Source: an uncultured delta proteobacterium (GTDB taxonomy: Bacteria; Desulfobacterota; WTBG01; CAIYCZ01; CAIRTM01). From it: a stretch of DNA of 64,000 nucleotides. The stretch is from assembly GCA_963804955.1 (NCBI GenBank), contig CAWDSQ010000013.1, forward strand, positions 1 to 64,000, in the 5' to 3' direction. Below, piece by piece: positions 30,319 to 38,879 of this stretch. Position 1 is the first letter of the stretch. Each line of letters opens with the position of its first letter. A program made the position numbers and the translations under genes. The notes under the pieces are model-generated. The model saw only the letters and a list, made by a program, of their open reading frames with translations, ran no database searches and was not told the origin of the DNA.

Positions 30319-30926
30319 GGCGCACCCTGTTCCTGAACTGCTGCGGCCCACGCATCGAGAAATTCGTAGCGCCGTATACATGCCTCATCAGACTCGCCTG
30401 CGCATAAATGCTGAATCGTCAACCGGTACAGGTTTGCATACCGGAAAAGCTGCGCCCCGGTCAGGCGGGCCGTTCCCTGAACGGCAAAGGGCGGCAGATA
30501 GAGCATTCTGCATAGGCATGCCGTCTGTTCCAGGGGTCGTAATAATTCGCTTAGGGAAAACCGGTTGAAGCCGTTCGCACCATAGGCCTCGCGGCTGCCG
30601 CCGGTGGTAACGGCAATGAACAGCTGCTTGTTGTCAAGAAAGCAGCCGCCTTCGCCGTGTGCCCAGCCATGCTCCAGCACCAGGTCGGTCCACTGCTTCA
30701 GCAGGGCCGGGGAGCCGTACATGTACAAAGGGAACTGCCAGATGATAAGCTGGTGTGCTGCAAGCAGCTTTTTTTCGCGGTCAACATCAATGTTGAAGTC
30801 GGGGTACAGCTCGTAAAGATCGTGCACCGTGACAAAATCCAAACCCCTGACTTCTGCAAGCAGCGCCCTGTTGGACCGTGATTTTTCAAAGCGGGGATGC
30901 GCAAAAAGTATAAGTGCTTTTTTCAT
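30315..30926 (-). CDS. KefF/KefG-like NAD(P)H oxidoreductase (flavodoxin-2)
   Basis: LFAHP, HDLYELYPDF, QFPLYMY..PALLKQW, TTGG; overlaps the antiporter start. Confidence 0.92.
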   Translation of the reverse strand: MKKALILFAHPRFEKSRSNRALLAEVRGLDFVTVHDLYELYPDFNIDVDREKKLLAAHQLIIWQFPLYMYGSPALLKQWTDLVLEHGWAHGEGGCFLDNKQLFIAVTTGGSREAYGANGFNRFSLSELLRPLEQTACLCRMLYLPPFAVQGTARLTGAQLFRYANLYRLTIQHLCAGESDEACIRRYEFLDAWAAAVQEQGAP

Positions 30927-31258
30927 ATGCTCTATTACCGGGAGGAGCGCTCACACATACTCCTTTTGATAGTATCAGATATATGATCAATTTTAAAGTT
31001 ATTGCTTCTTAATAGCATGAAAAATCATTTGCAATCAAAGCGTAAAACCGCTAATTCCTTTATTTCAGAGCTTTTTTTAAAAATCATATTTTTTTAAGGG
31101 ATAAGCTCTGACATAGGGCATAGATAAAGTCAGGGAACATTTTCCAAGTAAAACAAGCAAAGCGGTTCCAGGATACAACAGGTTAATCCAGCCTGCCTGG
31201 TGCCAATTCATACTTTAAAAATGCTCTGAACACCAGATAACCGAAATTGGAGGCTGCA

Positions 31259-32248
31259 ATGTCACGCGGAGACCAGCTCGAGAGGCAGTGGAAAATTATT
31301 CAAGCCCTGATCGCCTCAAAACGGGGTAAAACAGCACATGAGCTTGCAGACATGGTCCAGGGAAATCTGCGCAGTGTCTACAGAGACCTGGAAGTGCTTC
31401 AGACGGCTGGATTCCCCATCTACAATGAAAAGGCGGATGGGAAAAAGGTCTGGGCTGTCATGGAAACGTTTAAGCACAGCATCCCGATTCCCCTTGACAT
31501 GCCCGAGCTGATGGCACTGTATTTCAGCCTTGATATGCTCAGGGCTATGCACGACACGGTTTTTTACGAGTCGCTGGAGTCGCTGTTTCATAAAATCAAG
31601 GCCACCCTGCCCCCTGAATCTGCCGACTTTTTGAAAAATCTTCAAAAGGCCCTCTGCGTCGATCAAAAACAGTACCGTCAGTACGGCAAGCTTAAAAAAA
31701 TAATAACCGCCATCAATGACGCCGTTATGCAGAGCCGGTCAATCGACATAATCTATTTTGCCCTAAGCAAAAAAAGCCGAACAAAACGCATAGTCGACCC
31801 GTACCGGATATGGTTCATTAACGGAACCTTTTATCTGGTCGGATACTGTCATTTGCGCAAGGAGGTCAGGACCTTCGCCCTTGACCGCATCAGGAATATA
31901 GAAATCACAGACAGCGGCTTTACCATACCCGATGATTTTAATTTCAATGACTTCATGAGCGGCGGGTTCGGAGCATATTGCGGCGGCATACCCGAAAAAG
32001 TAAAAGTAAGCTTCGCTCCGGAAATAGCTGGTTATATTGAAGAAAAAATCTGGCATGAAAGTCAGAAGATTTACCGCAATAAGAACGGTTCCATTATTTT
32101 CGAGGCAACTGTGGCAGTCAATGAAGAGCTTGAAAACTGGGTGCTCAGCTGGGGCGCGAAAGCCCGGGTGCTTGAACCAGAGTCGCTGAAAGTACGAATG
32201 CGGCAGGAAGCTGAAAAAATGGCCCTTGCCTACACAATTGATAAATAG
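31259..32248 (+). CDS. HTH-WYL-WCX transcriptional regulator (YafY/PafBC-like)
   Basis: RSVYRDLEVLQ wHTH; VDPY..FYLVGYCHLRKEVRTFALDRI WYL; WVLSWG..VLEP WCX; GGAGG RBS. Confidence 0.92.
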   Translation: MSRGDQLERQWKIIQALIASKRGKTAHELADMVQGNLRSVYRDLEVLQTAGFPIYNEKADGKKVWAVMETFKHSIPIPLDMPELMALYFSLDMLRAMHDTVFYESLESLFHKIKATLPPESADFLKNLQKALCVDQKQYRQYGKLKKIITAINDAVMQSRSIDIIYFALSKKSRTKRIVDPYRIWFINGTFYLVGYCHLRKEVRTFALDRIRNIEITDSGFTIPDDFNFNDFMSGGFGAYCGGIPEKVKVSFAPEIAGYIEEKIWHESQKIYRNKNGSIIFEATVAVNEELENWVLSWGAKARVLEPESLKVRMRQEAEKMALAYTIDK

Positions 32249-32423
32249 AAGTGTTATGAATGCTGAACTGCACATGTAGCGCTGTACTATGGAATTTCGG
32301 GCAGACAATCATAGGCGCAAGATAGTGCGATCATAGACTTCATAGTCAGGTGTCACGCCTCACCTCCATTTCAGCAGCCGTGGCAGGTTGACCGTCTGCC
32401 CAGCAGGGCTCCCTATTTCAACC

Positions 32424-32452
32424 TTGACACCCAATCGCCCTCATTTTATATT
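32424..32452 (+). promoter_or_regulatory. Sigma70 promoter for the PilZ gene
   Basis: TTGACA-17 nt-TATATT. Confidence 0.6.
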
Positions 32453-32515
32453 CTTAACAGCACAAATCGAGTTCACATCAATAAACTCTACATTCTGTAA
32501 AAAGGTGGATTAAAA

Positions 32516-32941
32516 ATGGCAGTTAATGACTTTATAACAAGAGACAGACGACATAATGAACGTACAAGAGTTCGTTTAAACGGCAGATTCTTCATCAAGG
32601 GATTAAACATAGAATATGAAGACTGCGTAATGATTAATGTGTCACGGACCGGAATTGCTCTGAAGACTACAACTCTCAGTTTTAATTTAAAAGAACCAAA
32701 AACCGGAGTTGCTGTGAGAACAGAAATTGCTAAGTTTGATGTAAGTGGCTTAAGAAATAAAATCATGTATGTTGATGTATACCCGCTTCTTGGGTCAATG
32801 GAAACAATAACTTTTTATGGGGAGATTACAAGAGTCTCCAAGCAAAAAGACAGGATTTATTTTGCCATACATTTCAGCAAAATAATTGATAATCCTACTT
32901 TTCTGAGGCTTGCAGAGGTTCAAAGGAAAGTGGACGGATAG
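32516..32941 (+). CDS. PilZ-domain protein
   Basis: RHNER (RxxxR) and NVSRTG (D/NxSxxG) c-di-GMP motifs. Confidence 0.75.
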   Translation: MAVNDFITRDRRHNERTRVRLNGRFFIKGLNIEYEDCVMINVSRTGIALKTTTLSFNLKEPKTGVAVRTEIAKFDVSGLRNKIMYVDVYPLLGSMETITFYGEITRVSKQKDRIYFAIHFSKIIDNPTFLRLAEVQRKVDG

Positions 32942-32997
32942 AGGAAATAGCTACAAGACGGTTGCAGGTTATAATGATCCTAACGAAAAAGAACTGT

Positions 32998-33150
32998 ATG
33001 CAACCTGAAACCAGGCAAAACCCGGAATCTTTTTTCAAAAAACTCAAAAAAAACACCCTCCGTAAAATCACCGCAGAGGAAAAGATTCCATACTGCCTGA
33101 AGACCTCACAGGCAAAGACAGCATCACTGAAAACTGTCACCGTGAGGGTT
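32998..33150 (+). pseudogene. Degenerate IS3-family transposase OrfA fragment
   Basis: NPESFFKKLKKNTLRKITAEEKI then, frameshifted, EDLTGKDSITENCHREG; resembles IS3 OrfA RRKFSAEEKIRIVLEGLRGEDSIAELCRREG. Confidence 0.6.
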
Positions 33151-33326
33151 GAGACATACTGGTATTTAATTTAAGCGGAAACTCAAGTATCAATACACGC
33201 TTTACAAAAATCATGGCGCCACTTCTGCGAAAGCCAACTAAGGGTAGCAGGTTTTGCTCTGTATGCTTAGCAACAGCCAGGATACACAACATTTTGTTGA
33301 TAAAATTTGCAATTAAGGGGCTCTGG

Positions 33327-34791
33327 ATGAGCATCAGTCTGTATCGAAAGATTTTTTTTACTTCAATCCTGTTCACGATACTACTATTCGCCTGCGGCGA
33401 CACCCGCCACTGCATCTGAGAAAAAAGCTACGGCACAGTCTGCAGACATAGCTGCATTTAGTGAGCTGCAAAAAAAAGCTGCTGCTGGTAATGCAGATGC
33501 ACAATGCCGACTCGGTGATGCATATTACAATGGAGAGGGTGCAACCCAGGATACAAAGAAAGCTTTGGAATGGTTTAAGAAAGCAGCAGAGCAGGAAAAT
33601 CCTGCTGCGCAGTATAGTCTTGCTCTTTGTTATGCTAATGGCGATGGCGTTCCCAAGGACATGGCTAAGGCTATTGAATTATATCAAAAAGCAGCAGACC
33701 AGGGAAATGCTGATGCGCAGTATATTCTTTCTCTTTGTAAGTATGGCGACGGGGCTCCTAAGGAGATGCATCGTGCTAGTGAGCTCTATCAAAAAGCCGC
33801 AGACCAGGGGAATGCAGATGCACAGTATAGTCTTGCTCTTTGTTATGCTACTGGAGATGGCATCCCCAAGGACATGGCCAAAGCTATTGAATTCTATCAG
33901 AAAGCCGCAGACCAGGGGAATGCAGGTGCACAGTATAGTCTTGCTCTTTGTTATGCTACTGGCTATGGCATCCCCAAGGACATGGCCAAGGCTATTGAGT
34001 TCTATCAGCAAGCCGCAGACCAGGAGAATGCAGGTGCGCAGTTGATGCTTGCAATTTGTTATAAGTATGGCGATGGGGTTTCCAAGGACATGGCCAAAGC
34101 CATTGAACTCTATCAGAAGGCCGCAGACCAGGGAAATCCTGCTGCACAGTATAGTCTTGCTCGTTGTTATGCTCATGGAGATGGAGTCCCCAGGGACATG
34201 GCTAAGGCTATTGTGTTATATCAGATGGCTGCAGACCAGGGAAATCCTGCTGCGCAGAATATGCTTTCTCTTTGTAAGTATGGCGATGGGATTCCTGAGG
34301 AAATGCCTAAGTCCATTGAGTTATATCAGAAAGCTGCAGATCAGGGAAATGCAGGCGCGCAGTATAGTCTTGCTCTTTGTTATGCTCATGGAGATGGGGT
34401 TCCCAAGGATATGAAAAAGGCCGTCGAATGGTACCAAAAAGCCGCAGACCAGGGAAATCCTGCTGCGCTGAATAGTCTTGCTGTTTGTTATAAGAATGGC
34501 AATGGGGTTCTCCGGGATATGAAAAAAGCTGTCGAATGGTGTAAAAAGGCAGCAGCGCAGGGACACTCTCGCGCCCAAAGTAACCTTGCCGTATATTACG
34601 CAATTGGGGATGCTGTGCCAAAAGATACAGTTCTTGCCTATGCATGGATTAACCTTTCAATGGCCGAGAGGCAAGATAAAAGAGTTGCTGATATTCGTAA
34701 TTATTTTACAAAAGGGATGACACAATCTCAGATTGCAGAAGCACAACGTCTTTCCTCTTCATGGGTAAAGGGGACCATATTGAAGCGTTAA
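33327..34791 (+). CDS. Sel1-like repeat lipoprotein (11 repeats); apparent +1 C indel at about 33404
   Basis: Lipobox LLFA-C; GNxxAQYSLALCYxxGDGVPKDMAKAIELYQKAADQ repeats. Confidence 0.88.
33487..34670 (+). repeat. Near-identical 108/105-bp tandem coding repeats (Sel1)
   Basis: GCAGACCAGGG(A/G)AAT...CAGTATAGTCTTGCTCTTTGTTATGCT recurs at about 108-bp period. Confidence 0.9.
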
Positions 34792-35160
34792 GGCATCAGA
34801 AGTGCTGCACCCCCAACCTCCAGAGGTGCGCAATCAAAACGAGCAACAGGAACGGCTTTTATTGTCAATATTTACGGGTATATGCTGGCTAATCATCTTA
34901 TGAAATAATTACGTAATAATCCAGAGTTTGCATATAAGAGCCGTAATGTGTTATTTGTCGGCTATCTATCATTCAATTGTAGGTTTTCTCATACCACAGG
35001 TTGAACACCCCTCCTCCGCTGTAAATCATATACTCAAACATTAATTTCCAAAAACAGCAGCCATAAAGAACTTAAAAATAAATTTTATTTAGTTTTTGAC
35101 CTTATATGACAAAACCTGCGGCTATAAAAGAAGCATACAATAACCCTATATGGAGGCCGT

Positions 35161-35382
35161 ATGAGAAAGTATCTGTATCTATTTTGGGGGTTGGTGCTTG
35201 CTGGTATAATAATACTCACAGCGGCGTACCCCGAGTGCAGACAGGCTGCCAACCTGCAGTATCCAACAAACCTTGACTATTCTGTGTATGATCAGAACGG
35301 AGCGTGCGTGTTCGTGAGAGGCGGTGGTCTGGATGCTCACATGAGCGCTATGGGCAGGCCTGCTGACCAAAGCCGGTTATAA
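35161..35382 (+). CDS. Small membrane or exported hypothetical protein
   Basis: GGAGG RBS; hydrophobic N-terminus. Confidence 0.55.
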   Translation: MRKYLYLFWGLVLAGIIILTAAYPECRQAANLQYPTNLDYSVYDQNGACVFVRGGGLDAHMSAMGRPADQSRL

Positions 35383-35399
35383 GCTTCCCCTGTGGCCTT

Positions 35400-37412
35400 T
35401 CAGGATAAGACGCATTGCCGTTCAAGTACAGCCGGGTCAGTGACCGGTGGCAGGCAGCTGCCTGGGGTGCAGATATATGCTGCAGCACGCCCGTCAAGAG
35501 CTCTGCAGGTTTTCATGTGCGGGGCAAGCTCTGTCATGTCATTATGCCCGCTTCCGCACAGCGCCAGAGTCGCAAAGGGATTAAAGCCCTGCGCAGCTCT
35601 CAGCAGCTCAGCTATGCCAGTGCCGGCTGCCAGTACAATGGTAGTGCCGCCATGCCTGAGATAGACATCCGCGCACAGCAGGCCCGTATAGGCAGCGGGA
35701 TAGGCGTTCATATCTCCGGACAGTGCTTCACGTATCCGCTCCGCAGCGCTGCCGAAAGCCTCGTTATGGGTCACGGCAGCCAGCCGGGCAAGCGTCAGGG
35801 CTGCAACGGCATTGCCCGAGGGCAGAGCCCCGTCATGTTTGTTTTTCCCGCGAACAGGCAAGTCCTCCACGTCGTGGCCGGAAAGAAACAGGCAGCCGTC
35901 GGTATCATCGTGAAACAGCCCCAGCATGCTGCCTGCAAGCTGTATGGCAGCAGCAAGCCAGCGCGGCTGCAATGTTGCCTGATACAGCTCAAACACCCCC
36001 CAGAGCACGTAGGCATAGTCATCAGAGGTGGCCGGATGCCGCAGCGCTCCGTCACGCAGGCTGGCGTGCAAGCGGTTATCATGAAACATGTTCTCAAGGA
36101 CAAAATGGCCTGTTTTTTCAGCTGCCGCAATATACTCGGGATCATGCATCAGGCGGCCCGCGGTAGCCAGGGCAGCAAGCATAAGGCCGTTTACAGCGGC
36201 GAGCACTTTGTCGTCTTTGAGCGGCGGTACGCGCTTTTCACGATACTGCCGCAAAGCAGGGAAGCAGCGCTCCGCAAAAGCCGCATCGTCTGCCGTCGGG
36301 TTGCAGCGCAGAAGGTTCGGGATGCTTTTGCCTTCGAAATTGCCCTGCGGGGTAATGTCAAAAAGAGCGCAGAAGCGGCGGCCGTCGTCAGGGCCTAAAA
36401 CTTTTTTTATTTCAGACGGCGTAAAGACATAGTACCTGCCCTCCTCCCCCTCGCTGTCGGCATCCTGGGCCGTATAAAAGCCGCCGCCGGCATGAGCCAT
36501 TTCCCTGAAGCAATAATCCAGAATCCGTCGGGCCGTTACAAAAAAGCTCTGTTCAATGGCTGCACCGGCCTCGCAGCAGGCTATGGTCAGCATGGCATTG
36601 TCATACATCATTTTTTCAAAATGCGGCACCAGCCACCGCTCATCGGTCGAGTAGCGGGAAAAGCCGCCGCCGATATGGTCCCAGATGCCGCCGCGCTGCA
36701 TGGCCTTGAGTGTGGCTGCAACCATATCTGCCGCCTGTTGTTTTTTGTACAGCAGGTGATACCGGATGAGAAACAGCAGGTTGTGGGCTGAGGGGAATTT
36801 GGGTGCACCACCGAAACCGCCGTATTTTTTGTCAAAAGAGGCTTCAAGCTGCTGAAAGGCCAGGTGAGAAAGATTTTCTGAAGATCCCGTGAGCGTTGGT
36901 GTATTGCTTTGTAACAGGTGGCGAATTATGTCGTCAGATGCAGCCAGCAGCCGCTGCCTGTCCTGCTGCCACATATCAGCTAAGGTGTCGAGAATTGACA
37001 TAAAGCCGCGTATGCCATAGCTGTCGTTTTTGGGAAAATAGGAGCCGGCAAAAAAAGGCTTTTTATCAGGTGTCAAAAAGCAGGAAAGGGGCCACCCTCC
37101 CCTGCCGGTCAGGGCGGTACAGGCGCTCATGTAGAAATGGTCGATGTCGGGCCGTTCCTCGCGGTCGACTTTGATGCTGACAAAATGACGGCTTAAAAGA
37201 CCGGCAACTTCGTCATCCTCAAAGCTTTCCCGCTCCATGACATGGCACCAGTGGCAGGTCGAATACCCGATGCTTAAAAAAACCGGAACATCCCGACGTT
37301 TGGCCTCGGCAAATGCTTCATCTCCCCATGGATACCAGTCAACCGGGTTATGGGCATGCTGTAAAAGATAGGGCGATTGCTCGTTGATGAGTCTGTTTGT
37401 AGTCTCGTTCAT
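35400..37412 (-). CDS. Thioredoxin-domain protein of the YyaL/SSP411 (DUF255) family
   Basis: [56 protein letters not shown]. Confidence 0.95.
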   Translation of the reverse strand: MNETTNRLINEQSPYLLQHAHNPVDWYPWGDEAFAEAKRRDVPVFLSIGYSTCHWCHVMERESFEDDEVAGLLSRHFVSIKVDREERPDIDHFYMSACTALTGRGGWPLSCFLTPDKKPFFAGSYFPKNDSYGIRGFMSILDTLADMWQQDRQRLLAASDDIIRHLLQSNTPTLTGSSENLSHLAFQQLEASFDKKYGGFGGAPKFPSAHNLLFLIRYHLLYKKQQAADMVAATLKAMQRGGIWDHIGGGFSRYSTDERWLVPHFEKMMYDNAMLTIACCEAGAAIEQSFFVTARRILDYCFREMAHAGGGFYTAQDADSEGEEGRYYVFTPSEIKKVLGPDDGRRFCALFDITPQGNFEGKSIPNLLRCNPTADDAAFAERCFPALRQYREKRVPPLKDDKVLAAVNGLMLAALATAGRLMHDPEYIAAAEKTGHFVLENMFHDNRLHASLRDGALRHPATSDDYAYVLWGVFELYQATLQPRWLAAAIQLAGSMLGLFHDDTDGCLFLSGHDVEDLPVRGKNKHDGALPSGNAVAALTLARLAAVTHNEAFGSAAERIREALSGDMNAYPAAYTGLLCADVYLRHGGTTIVLAAGTGIAELLRAAQGFNPFATLALCGSGHNDMTELAPHMKTCRALDGRAAAYICTPGSCLPPVTDPAVLERQCVLS

Positions 37413-37471
37413 TGATCGCAATCCGCGCTACAGAATTTGAAGCAATTACCAGGACAGGCCGTTTGGCTGCA

Positions 37472-38523
37472 TCACTGAATCAATACCGCCAGCCATGAAG
37501 CTCCTGACTGCAGAGCCTTGCGAAGAAGCGGACGCTGCTCCAGAACTGCGATAAGCCGCGGGCTCAAGCGGTAATAGAGCGATATGACCTTCCGGCCTGC
37601 GGCAGATCCTGCCAGATGCCTGTCGCGAAAACTCCGCAGTGCCGCAAGTCCGGCATCATCGGCGTCAAGCACATAGGCTGCCGCGCAGGTGCTGCGGTCA
37701 ATGATGGTGATATCCTGTCCCTGAAACCGCAAAGTAAAAGGCAGCGACAAGTCCCACGACAAAGGCAGTTCATAGATGGCGCCTGTGATAGCGCCTCCAG
37801 CCTGTATTTCCCTGTTGCAGTCCGGGCAGTAAAGTATTGCGGAAGTGCTATTGTCGGCCCAATAGGACAGCGAGGTCACGGTATGTACACCCTGGAAAAG
37901 AGTAATATCTTCAGGAACAAGCGTAATGGCGCCATTAGTAACCAGCGCATTGAAATAAACGGCTTTTTTTTCACCATAGTTTACGATCCATGCGCAGAAG
38001 TCCATCGAGTTGTGAGTCAGGAATCCAAAAAATCCTTTTGTCCTGAAGGAGGCACAGGTAGCATTGTCGGGCACGCTGTCGGAAAGCTCGGGCATGGCAA
38101 GCCGGGGCTCCTGCGGAATATCAAAAAATATTTGCTCGGTGAACGAGAGGCTTATAAAATATGCGAAAAGCCTTTTCCGGATGAAACCAGCCCGGGAAAT
38201 TGGTAGATAACCGCTTCACCCACCATACCAGTATACAGGGGATTGCAGTTTTCATATCCGGGACGGTACATTATATATGCCACCGTATCGTCGCCGGGCT
38301 TTGCTTTGCCCCCTGACAACTCCATTCCCCCGCCATCAAGTTGAACAATGTAAAAGTCCTGCAAGCAGAAAGAACCCTGGTTGTCGGACCTCACAGAAAC
38401 TCTTATAAGGTCAGTATAAACCGTCCAGGAAGTGCTCAGGCCGGGCTCTATTTCCCAGTCATATGTCTGGGCCTGCGCGCTTAAAGCTGTTAACATCAGG
38501 AGTATTACGACCAGTTTTTTCAT
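37472..38523 (-). CDS. Secreted hypothetical protein with Cys/LRSFRD/YY C-terminal domain; split by apparent indels at about 38180 and 38145
   Basis: ORF 38152..38523 has the signal peptide and ORF 37472..38095 the C-terminal tag; the intervening text is codon-like in shifted frames. Confidence 0.7.
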
Positions 38524-38831
38524 ATTTCACCTCATATATGAAATTAACACTTCACGACTCGTTATGCCAGCAGCCACACCAAAAAAAATAAGTGTCCGTT
38601 CATGTAAGCATACTTTTTTAAGCATCAACCGGCGACAAGAAGTAACAATCAATATATATTGTAGATTCAGTTTTTTTCAATACTATTTTCCAAACGGAAA
38701 TAAAAAAGGGCCTCAAAGGCCCTCATCAAAATAACTTTTGTCACTTGATTAAAGAATATATTCAAAAAAACGCCCGCAGCATACCTGCTGCAGGCGTTTT
38801 GTAAAATGGACGGATGGTCCATTGTTGAATT

Positions 38832-38870
38832 AAAAAAAAGGACGCTTCCCTCAGATGAGGGAAGCGTCCT
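38832..38870 (-). terminator. Rho-independent terminator after 38880..41507
   Basis: Perfect AGGACGCTTCCCTCA/TGAGGGAAGCGTCCT inverted repeat plus 8 A (T-tail on the minus strand). Confidence 0.9.
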
Positions 38871-38879
38871 GTCTAACAA

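Noticed and set aside
33487..34670. CRISPR-like array
   Set aside because: The repeats are contiguous in-frame 105-108-bp coding units (Sel1) with no unique spacers and no cas genes
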